Shown one piece after another: positions 19,692 through 28,883 of a stretch of 39,564 nt of DNA (positions are counted from its first letter, which is position 1; every line of letters begins with the position of its first letter). Below the pieces are notes generated by a model. It saw nothing but the letters and a program-made list of their open reading frames with translations, was not told the origin of the DNA and did not search any database. The position numbers and the translations under genes were made by a program. The DNA comes from Myxococcota bacterium (GTDB taxonomy: Bacteria; Myxococcota_A; Polyangia; Polyangiales; Sandaracinaceae), in NCBI GenBank assembly GCA_036149055.1, contig JAYZQJ010000029.1, positions 1 through 39,564 on the forward strand, read 5' to 3'.

Positions 19692-21344
19692 GTGACCCCC
19701 ACCCTCGCCACCCTCCTCCTCATCACCTTCGCCGTCAGCGTCCTTTCCCTCGTGGTTTTGGGCTGGGCGGTCTGGCGTCACCACATGCGGTGGGGTCCGG
19801 CCGCGGCGCGCGTCATCTTCGGCCCCCGCGAGGAGGGCATCCCCGAGGAGCCGGCGGTCCCGGCGGGCGAGGAGAAGCGCATCCGCCCCGAGGCCGACCT
19901 CGACTCGCTGCCCGAGGCGGCGCGCGAGGAGCTGCTCGACCGCGCCGAGGCCGATCGCTCCTCGGCCGCGCCGGTGCTGCTCTTCCTGCTGAGCTCCACC
20001 GTCTGGTTGGTCGTCGGCTCGATCGTCGGCGTCGTGGTCGCGCTCAAGTTCACCTTCCCCGACTGGCTCACCGGCTCGGCGCTCCTGACCTTCGGGCGGC
20101 TCCGGCCCATCCACCTCAACGCCGTCATCTACGGCTGGCTCTCGATGGCCGGCATCGCGGTGATGCTCTGGCTGCTCCCCCGCGTGCTCCGGACCCGGCT
20201 CCGCGGCACCTGGTGGGCGGTCACCGGCGGCGTCATCTGGAACGTCGCCGTCACCGCGGGGCTGATCGCGCTCGCCTTCGGCTGGACCGACGGCCTGGAG
20301 TGGATGGAGATCCCGTGGGCGATCGACATCCTCTTCGTGCTCGCCGGCGGTCTGATGGCGGTCCCGCTCTTCGCGACCCTGAAGCACCGCCGGGTCGGCC
20401 ACCTCTACGTCTCGGTCTGGTACTTCGCGGCCGCGCTCGTCTGGTTCCCGATCCTCTTCGTCATCGGCAACTGGCCGAACCTGCACTTCGGCGTCGAGCA
20501 CGCGGCGGTGAACTGGTGGTTCGCCCACAACGTGCTCGGCCTGTGGCTCACGCCGATCGGGCTGGGCGCCGCCTACTACCTGATCCCGAAGGTGCTCGGG
20601 AAGCCGATCTACTCCTACTCGCTGTCGCTCGTCGGCTTCTGGGCGCTCGCCCTGTTCTACAGCCAGGCCGGCATCCACCACCTGATCGGCGGCCCGGTGC
20701 CGACGTGGCTCGTGACGCTCTCGATCGTGCAGAGCGTGATGATGGTGATCCCGGTCATCGCGGTCGCGATCAACCACCACGTGACCATGGTCGGGCACTT
20801 CCGGGCGCTCCGGCACTCGCCGACGCTGCGCTTCGTGGTCGCGGGCGCGATGATGTACACGGCGGTCTCGTTGACCGGCTCGCTGCAGTCGCTGCGCTCG
20901 GTCAACCAGCTGGTGCACTTCACGCACTACACGGTCGGGCACGCGCACATGGGCGTCTACGCCTTCGCGTCGATGATCGTCTTCGGCGCGATCTACTTCC
21001 TCGTGCCCCGGGTCACCGCGCGCGAGTGGCCCCGCCCGGCGCTCATCTCCTGGCACTTCTGGCTCAGCTTCCTCGGCGTCGGGCTCTACGTGGTCGCGCT
21101 GACCATCGGCGGCGTGCTGCAGGGCCTCGCGATGATGGACCCCGACCTGCCCTTCATCGAGTCGGTGCGGGTGACCCTGCCGTACCTGCACGCCCGCAGC
21201 GTCGGCGGCGCGATGATGACCGCCGGCCACCTCGTCTTCGCCTACCACGTCGCGGTGCTCGTCCTCGGGCGCGGCCCGGTCCGCCAGGAGGCGCCGTGGC
21301 GGCCGAAGCTCTCTTCCCTCTCCAACCCGGAGATCGCCTCGTGA
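19692..21344 (+). CDS. ccoN: cbb3-type cytochrome c oxidase subunit I
   Basis: TFGRLRPIHLNAVIYGW, WWFAHN, PIYSYSLS, GIHHL and TVGHAHMG metal/heme ligand motifs. GTG 19692 has GGAG upstream; the ORF is open from 19671. Confidence 0.92.
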   Translation: MTPTLATLLLITFAVSVLSLVVLGWAVWRHHMRWGPAAARVIFGPREEGIPEEPAVPAGEEKRIRPEADLDSLPEAAREELLDRAEADRSSAAPVLLFLLSSTVWLVVGSIVGVVVALKFTFPDWLTGSALLTFGRLRPIHLNAVIYGWLSMAGIAVMLWLLPRVLRTRLRGTWWAVTGGVIWNVAVTAGLIALAFGWTDGLEWMEIPWAIDILFVLAGGLMAVPLFATLKHRRVGHLYVSVWYFAAALVWFPILFVIGNWPNLHFGVEHAAVNWWFAHNVLGLWLTPIGLGAAYYLIPKVLGKPIYSYSLSLVGFWALALFYSQAGIHHLIGGPVPTWLVTLSIVQSVMMVIPVIAVAINHHVTMVGHFRALRHSPTLRFVVAGAMMYTAVSLTGSLQSLRSVNQLVHFTHYTVGHAHMGVYAFASMIVFGAIYFLVPRVTAREWPRPALISWHFWLSFLGVGLYVVALTIGGVLQGLAMMDPDLPFIESVRVTLPYLHARSVGGAMMTAGHLVFAYHVAVLVLGRGPVRQEAPWRPKLSSLSNPEIAS

Positions 21345-21946
21345 CCCGCGTGTTCGCCCTCGTGATCGCGGTGACGCTCATCCTCGCCTTCGCGGCGCTG
21401 ATGCTCGTCGTCCAGCCCTACTCCCAGCTCTCGCGCGTCGAGCCCGATCCCGGCTCCGCGCCCTACACGGTCGAGCAGGCCCGCGGCCGCGACCAGTACG
21501 TCTCGCTCGGCTGCGTCTACTGCCACACCCAGCAGCCGCGGGACCGCGACTTCGGCACCGACGACGAGCGGGGCTGGGGGCGCGTGTCGACGCCGGCCGA
21601 CTACCAGTGGGACTACCCCCACCAGCTCGGCACGATGCGCACCGGGCCCGACCTCTTCAACATCGGCGCGCGGCAGTCGAGCGAGGACTGGCACCTCACC
21701 CACCTCTACCAGCCGCGCGCGGTCTCGCCGGGCAGCATCATGCCGGCCTTCCCCTTCCTCTTCGAGGTGAAGGACGAGGCGGGCGAGGACGACGTCGTCG
21801 TGCAGGTGCCGCCGGCCTACGCGCCCGCGATCGGCGTGGTGGTGGCGAAGCCCGAGGCCCTCGACCTCGTCGCCTACCTGATCTCGCTCGACCACACCTA
21901 CCCGTCGGCGTGGCTGGAGACCGAGGAGGCCGCCGATGAGCAGTGA
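21341..21946 (+). CDS. ccoO: cbb3-type cytochrome c oxidase subunit II (monoheme)
   Basis: N-terminal TM, GCVYCHTQQPR, GTMRTGPDL and SIMPAFPFLF. GTGA overlap with ccoN. Confidence 0.92.
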   Translation: MTRVFALVIAVTLILAFAALMLVVQPYSQLSRVEPDPGSAPYTVEQARGRDQYVSLGCVYCHTQQPRDRDFGTDDERGWGRVSTPADYQWDYPHQLGTMRTGPDLFNIGARQSSEDWHLTHLYQPRAVSPGSIMPAFPFLFEVKDEAGEDDVVVQVPPAYAPAIGVVVAKPEALDLVAYLISLDHTYPSAWLETEEAADEQ

Positions 21947-22511
21947 CGCCGTCAACGCGCCGACCCGGCGCGAGAACCCCGACCCGACCGAAGGCGCGGG
22001 CGCGATGCCGAAGTGGTTCCTCGCCTTCGCGTTCGCCCTCGTCGCCGCCGGCGGCGTCTACCTCTACCTCGAGGTGCCGAAGGACGACGCCGGCTTCGCG
22101 GGCGACTCGCGCACCGTGCAGATGGCGCCCCCCGAGGTGACGGGCGCGTCCCTCTACGCGGTGCAGTGCGTGGCCTGCCACCAGCAGACCGGGCTCGGCG
22201 TCTCCGGCGTCTTCCCGCCGCTCGGCGGCTCGAGCTGGGTGACCGAGGACCCCGAGACGCCGGTGCGCATCCTGCTGTTCGGCATCCAGGGCGCGATCGA
22301 GGTCGAGGGCGAGATCTACAACGGGCAGATGCCCGCGTTCGGGCACCTGAGCGACGAGGACATCGCCAAGCTCGTGAGCCACATCCGCACCTCCTGGGGC
22401 AACGACGCCGGCGAGGTGGAGCCCGCGCTCGTGACGCAGCTGCGCGCGGAGCTGTCCGACCGCGACGGCCCCTGGCAGGGCGGGGACGAGCTCTCCGCCG
22501 TGAGGGAGTGA
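21936..22511 (+). CDS. Membrane-anchored monoheme cytochrome c
   Basis: One TM, CVACHQ..G.G..GVFPPL and YNGQMPAF axial Met. Confidence 0.88.
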   Translation: MSSDAVNAPTRRENPDPTEGAGAMPKWFLAFAFALVAAGGVYLYLEVPKDDAGFAGDSRTVQMAPPEVTGASLYAVQCVACHQQTGLGVSGVFPPLGGSSWVTEDPETPVRILLFGIQGAIEVEGEIYNGQMPAFGHLSDEDIAKLVSHIRTSWGNDAGEVEPALVTQLRAELSDRDGPWQGGDELSAVRE

Positions 22512-22514
22512 TCG

Positions 22515-24635
22515 ATGCGCGCCGCCACCTTCGCCGTCGGGGGGATGAGCTGCGCGGGCTGCGCGCGGGGCGTCGAGCGCGCCCTCGGCGCCGACCCGGG
22601 GGTCCGGCGGGTCGCGGTGGACTTCGCGTCCGGCACCGTCCGGCTGGAGTGGGAGCCGGACGAGACCACGCTGGAGCCGGCGTTCGAGGAGGCGGCGCGC
22701 GGCGGCTTCGAGGTGCGCCCGCTCGAGGACGACGGGGAGCGCGAGGCGGAGCGCGAGGCGCAGGCGGCGCTCACCCTTCGGCTCGCGCTGACCGCGTTCT
22801 TCGCGATGAACGCGATGCTCGCCTCGCTGCTCCTGTACCTCGACGCGTTCGCGGACGAGGGCCCCGAGGCGGCGCGCTGGACCGCGCTCTTCGCCGGCCT
22901 GATGGCCACCCCCGCGGTCTTCGTCGGCGGCTGGCCGTTCTTCCGCAAGGCCGCGCTCGGCCTGCGCGCGCGGGTGCTCGGCATGGATCTGCTCGTCTCG
23001 ATCGGCGCGCTCGCCGCCTGGACGACCTCGGTCGTGCTCTGGCTCCGCGGCGACAGCGACGTCTACTTCGACACCGCGGCGATGATCGTGCTGTTCCTGC
23101 TCGTCGGCCGCGTGATCGAGCGGAGCGCTCGGGCCCGGGCGCTCGACGCGGTGCGCAGCCTGCTCTCGCTCGCGCCCGATCTCGCGACCCGCGTGGTCGG
23201 CGAGCGCGAAGAGGAGGTCGAGGTGAAGAGCCTCGCGATCGGCGACCGGGTGCGGGTGCGCGCCGGCGACCGGATCGCGATCGACGGCCGGGTCGTCGAG
23301 GGGCGCGCCTCGATCGACCGCGCGGTGCTCACCGGCGAGAGCGAGCCGCGCACCGTCCGCCCAGGCGCTCGGGTGGAGGCGGGCGCGATCGATCTCGACG
23401 GGGCGCTGCTGATCGAGGTCGAGCGCCCGGTGGGCGAGCGCGCGATCGACGGGGTGACCCGCGCGGTGCAGGAGCTCCTGTCGAGGCGAGCCCCGCTCCA
23501 GTCGCTCGCCGACCGGGTCGCCTCGGTGCTCGTCCTCGGGGTGCTCGCGCTCTCGGCGCTCACCGTCGGGCTGCACCTCGCGCTCGGGGCCGGGGTGGTG
23601 ACCGCCCTGCTCCACGCGATCGCGGTGATCGTCATCGCCTGCCCGTGCGCGCTCGGCCTCGCCACCCCGATGGCGCTGGTGGTCGCGGCGGGGAGAGCCG
23701 CCCGCGAGGGCATCGTCTTCCGGGACGGAGAGGCGATCGAGCGGGCGGCCTCGGTGCGCGCGGTCTCCTTCGACAAGACCGGCACCTTGACGGCGGGCGC
23801 GCCGCGAGTGCTGCGCGTCCTGACCGACGGCGACGCGGCGGAGGTGCTCCGGGTCGCGGCGCGGGCGGAGGCGGGCGCGCGCCACCCGATCGGCCGCGCG
23901 ATCGTGGAGGCGGCGGGCGGCGCGACGGCCTCGGGCGAGACCACGGTGGTGCCGGGGCTCGGCGTGCGCTGGATGGGCAGCGAGCGCGGCGAGGAGGTGC
24001 TCGTCGGGCGCGCCGAGCTGCTGCGCGAGGCCGGCGTCGAGGTCGGCGCGAGCTCCGCCCGCACGGTGGCCCACGTGGCCCGGGCCGGCGTGTGGCTCGG
24101 CGCGATCGAGCTGCTCGACCCGCTCCGCCCCGGGAGCGAGGCCGCGGTCCGGGCGCTCCGCGCCGAGGGCATGGACCTCGAGATCCTCACCGGCGACGCG
24201 GAGGCGCCGGCGCGGCGGGTGGCGGCGGCGGTCGGGATCGACGCGGTGCACGCCGGCCTGCGCCCCGAGGAGAAGGCGGCGCGGATCGCGTCCCGCCCGG
24301 CGCCGACCGCCTTCGTGGGCGACGGAGTCAACGACGGCCCCGCGCTGGCGGCGGCTCACCTCGGGGTCGCGGCCACCGGCGCCACCGACGTCGCCCTCGC
24401 CACCGCCCAGCTCGCCCTGCGCAGCGGCGGCGTCGAGCGCCTGCCCCGCGCGCTCGGGCTGGCGCGCCGCACCGTGCAGGTGATGCGGCAGAACCTCGGC
24501 TGGGCCCTCGCCTACAACGCGATCGCGCTCCCGGCGGCGGTGCTGGGCCTCGTGCACCCGGCGGCGGCGGCGCTCGCGATGGCGGCCAGCTCGATCTCGG
24601 TGGTGCTCTCCTCGCTCCGCCTGACCCGCGCGTGA
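22515..24635 (+). CDS. ccoI: P1B-type heavy-metal (Cu) ATPase, CcoI/FixI-like
   Basis: GMSCAGC HMA domain, YFD, TGES, CPC, DKTGT, HP, GDGVND and YN motifs, in cco context. Confidence 0.88.
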   Translation: MRAATFAVGGMSCAGCARGVERALGADPGVRRVAVDFASGTVRLEWEPDETTLEPAFEEAARGGFEVRPLEDDGEREAEREAQAALTLRLALTAFFAMNAMLASLLLYLDAFADEGPEAARWTALFAGLMATPAVFVGGWPFFRKAALGLRARVLGMDLLVSIGALAAWTTSVVLWLRGDSDVYFDTAAMIVLFLLVGRVIERSARARALDAVRSLLSLAPDLATRVVGEREEEVEVKSLAIGDRVRVRAGDRIAIDGRVVEGRASIDRAVLTGESEPRTVRPGARVEAGAIDLDGALLIEVERPVGERAIDGVTRAVQELLSRRAPLQSLADRVASVLVLGVLALSALTVGLHLALGAGVVTALLHAIAVIVIACPCALGLATPMALVVAAGRAAREGIVFRDGEAIERAASVRAVSFDKTGTLTAGAPRVLRVLTDGDAAEVLRVAARAEAGARHPIGRAIVEAAGGATASGETTVVPGLGVRWMGSERGEEVLVGRAELLREAGVEVGASSARTVAHVARAGVWLGAIELLDPLRPGSEAAVRALRAEGMDLEILTGDAEAPARRVAAAVGIDAVHAGLRPEEKAARIASRPAPTAFVGDGVNDGPALAAAHLGVAATGATDVALATAQLALRSGGVERLPRALGLARRTVQVMRQNLGWALAYNAIALPAAVLGLVHPAAAALAMAASSISVVLSSLRLTRA

Positions 24636-24667
24636 CAGGAGCCGGCGGGAGGTGAGAGCCTCTCCGC

Positions 24668-25822
24668 GTGGCGAAGCGGATCGGAGACGCGCGCTGGATC
24701 GGGCTCATCCTGGTGAGCGCGGCGGTGGCGGCGCTGCTGCTCGTGGTGGTGATGCGGCGGCAGGATACGCCGGCCCCGGAGACCCAGCCGCGCCCCGAGG
24801 CCGCCGCGCGCTACGCCGACATCGACAAGATCGACGTGCACGTGCACGTGCCCGCCGAGCGCTACGCGGAGGCGGCCGAGGTCTTCGCCCAGCACGGCGT
24901 GGTGCTCGCGCTGAACGCGTCGGGCGGCCACCCGGGGCGCGGGCTCGACGACACCGTGCGCGCCGGCCTCGGGATCGGCGGGCGCATCCGCAGCTACTGC
25001 AACCTGAGCTTCGCCGGGGTCGAGAACGCGAGCTTCCACGACTACGCCATCCGGACCCTGCGTCAGTGCAAGGAGGACGGCGCCATCGGGCTCAAGATCT
25101 TCAAGTCGCTCGGCCTCGGCGCGGAGCTGTCGGACGGCAGCCTGCTCCGGGTGGACGACCCGCGGCTGGACGTGGTCTTCGAGACGGCGGGCGAGCTCGA
25201 GCTGCCGGTGCTGATCCACGCGGGCGATCCGCAGGCCTTCTTCCGGCCGCCCACCCGGGACAACGAGCGCTACGAGGAGCTGCAGGCGCACCCCGGCTGG
25301 AGCTTCCACGGCGACGAGTGGCCCAGCTGGGAGGAGGTCTTCGGCCAGTACGAGGCGCGGATCGCGCGGCACCCGGGCACGAAGTTCCTCGGCGCCCACT
25401 TCGGCAACGCGCCCGAGGAGCCGCAGCGCGTCGCCCGCATGCTCGAGCGCTACCCGAACCTCTACATCGAGACCGGGGCGCGCATCCCGGAGATCGGCCG
25501 CCACGACGCGGCGCGCATGCGGGAGCTGTGGATCCGTCACTCCGACCGGATCCTCTTCGGGACCGACATCCAGATGGGGAGCCAGAGCTGGATCCTGGGC
25601 AGCGCCGGAGCCCGGCCGGACCCGCCGTCGCGCATCCCGATCTTCTACGAGGCCCACTGGCGCTACTTCGAGACCGCCGACCGCCGCTTCGCGCACCCGA
25701 CCCCGATCCAGGGAGACTGGACGATCGACGGCCTCGACCTGCCCCGCGAGGTCCTCGAGGACCTCTATCACCGGAACGCCGAGCGCCTCTTCGGCTTCAC
25801 CCGGCGGGGAGAAGACGAATGA
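24668..25822 (+). CDS. Amidohydrolase_2 family protein with N-terminal membrane anchor/signal
   Basis: IDVHVH, GLKI, PVLIHAGD, GAHFG, RILFGTD and LYHRNAERL. Confidence 0.88.
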   Translation: MAKRIGDARWIGLILVSAAVAALLLVVVMRRQDTPAPETQPRPEAAARYADIDKIDVHVHVPAERYAEAAEVFAQHGVVLALNASGGHPGRGLDDTVRAGLGIGGRIRSYCNLSFAGVENASFHDYAIRTLRQCKEDGAIGLKIFKSLGLGAELSDGSLLRVDDPRLDVVFETAGELELPVLIHAGDPQAFFRPPTRDNERYEELQAHPGWSFHGDEWPSWEEVFGQYEARIARHPGTKFLGAHFGNAPEEPQRVARMLERYPNLYIETGARIPEIGRHDAARMRELWIRHSDRILFGTDIQMGSQSWILGSAGARPDPPSRIPIFYEAHWRYFETADRRFAHPTPIQGDWTIDGLDLPREVLEDLYHRNAERLFGFTRRGEDE

Positions 25823-25926
25823 TCGCGAGGAGTTGAGGGAACGCTCCCCGATGGGGACGTGAGGCGGCTCACCGGGGAGGCGCCGAGAATGATCGATTTC
25901 GGTGCCGGCGGCGCACGGGTGGGGTG

Positions 25927-26559
25927 ATGACGCTGCGGTTGCTCGCGCTGGGTTCGGCGCCCGAGTCCAGGCATCCTGGGCCGGTGGAGGTGACGGATCC
26001 GCTCGCGCGGCTGCTGTCCGAGGCGGCGTCCGGGGACCGGGTGGCGCTCTCCCGGCTGCTGCGCGCGCTCGGGCCGCAGGTGCTGCGGGTGGCCCGCGGG
26101 GTGCTCGGCTCCAGTCACCCCGAGGTCGAGGACGCGGCCCAGGAGTCACTGGTGGCCATCGCCGGCGCGATCGGGAGCTTCCGCGGGGAGTGCAGCGTGA
26201 AGCACTTCGCCTGCCGCATCGCGGCCCGGAAGTGCGTCGCCGTGCGCCGCCGGGCCAAGGCGCGGGACGAGCGCCGCCGCGAGCTCGCCTCGATCCCGCC
26301 GCCCCCGCCGGCCGCGCCGACCACGCCGGCCCGCATCCGCCGCGAGGCGCTCCGGGCGCTGCTCGAGACGCTGCCCGAGGAGCAGGCGGAGACCCTGGTG
26401 CTCCGGGTCGTCATGGGCTTCTCGCTCGCGGAGGTGGCCGAAGCCACCGACGCGCCGATCAACACGGTTCGCAGCCGGGTGCGGCTGTCGAAGGAGGCGC
26501 TGCGCCGGCGCATCGAAGAGGACCCGGCGCTCGCCGAAACGCTCGAGGTGGGAACGTGA
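25927..26559 (+). CDS. ECF-type RNA polymerase sigma factor
   Basis: Region 2 VEDAAQE...SFRGECSVKHFACRIA and region 4 LPEEQ...GFSLAEVAE...NTVRSRVR. Start uncertain (25924-25990). Confidence 0.88.
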   Translation: MTLRLLALGSAPESRHPGPVEVTDPLARLLSEAASGDRVALSRLLRALGPQVLRVARGVLGSSHPEVEDAAQESLVAIAGAIGSFRGECSVKHFACRIAARKCVAVRRRAKARDERRRELASIPPPPPAAPTTPARIRREALRALLETLPEEQAETLVLRVVMGFSLAEVAEATDAPINTVRSRVRLSKEALRRRIEEDPALAETLEVGT

Positions 26560-27452
26560 CCCGCGTGGACGTGCATCCGGAAGATCTCCTCGACGCGGCG
26601 CACCGCGGCGAGCTCGACGACGCGCAGCGCGCGCGCCTCGCCCAGCACACCGCCCACTGCGCCGCCTGCGCGGCCGAGGTCGCGCTGATCGACGACTTCG
26701 ACGTGCTCGATCAGCCCGGCGACGAGGCGCTCATCGATCGCCTGGTCGAGGGCGCCATCGGTCAGGCCCCGCCGGTCGAGGCCCGCCCCACGCGCAAGAC
26801 GGCGGCCGGCGCCGGTCGCACCATCCTCTACGCGGTGGCGGCGTCGCTGCTCCTCGGCGCGTTCGGCGGCGCGGCCGCGGCGATGTTCGCGATGTGGCCG
26901 GCCCGGGTGGCCGAGGAGGAGCCGGCGCCGGAGCCGACCGTGACGCTCCCCGAGGAGGAGCCGCCCCCCGCCCGCCGCGCGCGTCGCCGGGTGGTCGAGG
27001 CGCCGGTCGAGGAGGAGATCGTCGAAGAGGAGATCGTCGAGGAGGCCCCCGAGCCCGAGCCGGAGGCGCGCCCCGCCCGGATCCCCTCGGCCGAGGAGCT
27101 CCTCGCGGCCGCCAACCGCGCCCGCCGTGACCACCGCTACCCGCAGGCGGTGCGCCTCTACCGTCGCCTCCAGACCGCGCACCCGCGCTCCCGCGAGGCC
27201 GCCCTCTCCCACGTCACCCTCGGCCGCCTCCTCCTCGACGGCACCCACGATCCCCGCGGCGCCCTCCGCGAGTTCGAGCGCTACCTCGCCCAGGGCCGCC
27301 ACCGCGTGCTCGACGAGGAGGCCCGCGTCGGCCGCGCCCTCGCCCTCATGCGCCTCGGCCGCCGCGAAGAAGAGCGCCGCGCCTGGCGCGAGCTCCTCGC
27401 CCACCACCCCGACACCCTCCACGCCGAGCGCGCCAACAGCCGCGCCCAGTAG
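26556..27452 (+). CDS. Anti-sigma factor (zf-HC2-like motif, TM, C-terminal TPR)
   Basis: HTAHCAAC (HxxxCxxC), one TM, a Pro/Glu linker and TPR-like helices. GTGA coupling to the ECF gene. Confidence 0.85.
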   Translation: MTRVDVHPEDLLDAAHRGELDDAQRARLAQHTAHCAACAAEVALIDDFDVLDQPGDEALIDRLVEGAIGQAPPVEARPTRKTAAGAGRTILYAVAASLLLGAFGGAAAAMFAMWPARVAEEEPAPEPTVTLPEEEPPPARRARRRVVEAPVEEEIVEEEIVEEAPEPEPEARPARIPSAEELLAAANRARRDHRYPQAVRLYRRLQTAHPRSREAALSHVTLGRLLLDGTHDPRGALREFERYLAQGRHRVLDEEARVGRALALMRLGRREEERRAWRELLAHHPDTLHAERANSRAQ

Positions 27453-27463
27453 CTCCGCGCGCA

Positions 27464-27539
27464 CGGGGACGATCTTCCCCATGTCCCCAAACTTCGCGCG
27501 ACGCCGCGGGCGGTTTGGGGATGGGGAAGATCGTCCCCG
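27464..27539. repeat. Long inverted repeat/hairpin
   Basis: Perfect 19-bp arms CGGGGACGATCTTCCCCAT / ATGGGGAAGATCGTCCCCG, extended inward by CCCCAAAC/GTTTGGGG. Confidence 0.85.
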
Positions 27540-27678
27540 AGCGTGATTGCCCCGCGCCGCTTCGGAGGCAAGTTGGCTCTCGCAAAGCCGCCAAGCCGCA
27601 AAGGGGGGGCGTGGCAGCGGGATGGACGCTCGCCGCCGCTCGGCTCACCGCTCGTCGATGCGCTTCGGTGGCAATTGG

Positions 27679-28775
27679 TTTCTCGCCGAGGCGCAGAGGC
27701 GCAGAGGTGGAGCGGGCGGCGCGTTCGGTGTCGGACATCGGGGAGATCGTCCTGGCGCATCGGCTGCGTCCCTGGTCCGCCGGCTCTCCGCTACCTGCCC
27801 GCTCACTGCCGGGGAGACTCTGTCCAGCGGGTACGGTCCGCGATCGCGGCCTGTACCAGCGACTCGGCACAGTCGGGTGAAGTAATCATGGGGTTCTGTC
27901 CCAACTGTGCCTGAGTCACCAAGCGATGGCGGAGGTGTTCCCCCTGACCGGCCGGATCGCGGTGGTGCCAAGCGAGCGCCTCCGTGAGGTCCGCCACGGT
28001 GAGCGGAATGCCCCAAACCATCCAGAGATAGATCCTGACCCGAGCGATGTCGCCCTCGAAAACCCCGTTGCCGGAGGAACAGCACTCGACGCCGTCCTCG
28101 AGATCCGGGACCAGGTTGAGTAGATCGCCGAACGCTTGCCGGACTCCTGGCGCAGCCGCTTCGCAAACCGCCACGGCAGCTTCCCCCGTTTCTTCGCCGG
28201 GAGCGCAGCTAGACAACAGTTCCGTCGCGGGGACGAGGTGCTGAATTCGGGTGGCGTGGACCGCACCTCCACACCGCAGACCCAGTTGCCCTTGCAGCTC
28301 CACCAACTCAGCCGGGCAGCGATGCCCGACCATGCTGCCGTCCTCCGCACGAAGCGCGAAGACCTGCGCGAGCGGTTCAGGGTCGGGGAAGTACACGGAC
28401 GGACGCGCGTGGGGAGCACATGCAAACAGGGCAGCATCGCCGGGGGGATCCACCAGCATGCCTGCGACCACGCCCTCGTCGATGGTGGCGGAGGTGCTCG
28501 TTGCCGTCCCGCGAGGGGCTGTCCCGGTACAGCCGGCCCCGACAAAGCAGCAGCAGGCCATCAACAGGTGATGCCGAGTCCGCTGGCCGGGGCGCATCGA
28601 AGCACACTAGCATCTGCTCGAACACGCCTGGCGAGCGAGCGCGCAACGGACAATCCCGTTCCATCATCGAGCTCCGGTGCCCCGAAGGCGCGGCCCCCAG
28701 GCCGGGAGTTCGATGATTGAATAGGATCGTCCCTGTTCCATTGGCCCCCCAACGTCTCTGCGCCTCTGCGAGAAA
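27679..28775. repeat. Imperfect 23-bp inverted repeats flanking the endonuclease I-like gene
   Basis: TTTCTCGCCGAGGCGCAGAGGCG (27679-27701) vs CGTCTCTGCGCCTCTGCGAGAAA (28753-28775), 21/23 complementary. Confidence 0.7.
27803..28597 (-). CDS. Divergent endonuclease I (EndA/Vvn)-like putative lipoprotein
   Basis: Ordered motifs RIQHLVPA, DLLNLVP, GDIARVRIYL, AW...DP....E..R and Q.GQNPMI. Possible lipobox GAGC. Confidence 0.6.
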   Translation of the reverse strand: MRPGQRTRHHLLMACCCFVGAGCTGTAPRGTATSTSATIDEGVVAGMLVDPPGDAALFACAPHARPSVYFPDPEPLAQVFALRAEDGSMVGHRCPAELVELQGQLGLRCGGAVHATRIQHLVPATELLSSCAPGEETGEAAVAVCEAAAPGVRQAFGDLLNLVPDLEDGVECCSSGNGVFEGDIARVRIYLWMVWGIPLTVADLTEALAWHHRDPAGQGEHLRHRLVTQAQLGQNPMITSPDCAESLVQAAIADRTRWTESPRQ

Positions 28776-28883
28776 TTAGTTGGCCTTGAGGGTCCGTAAT
28801 CGTCTCCAGGCTCGCGGCTTCGCGAGAGCCTCGTGCTGCTGAAGCGGGGCGGGGTCGCGTATGATCGGGGGGTGTCGGGTGGA

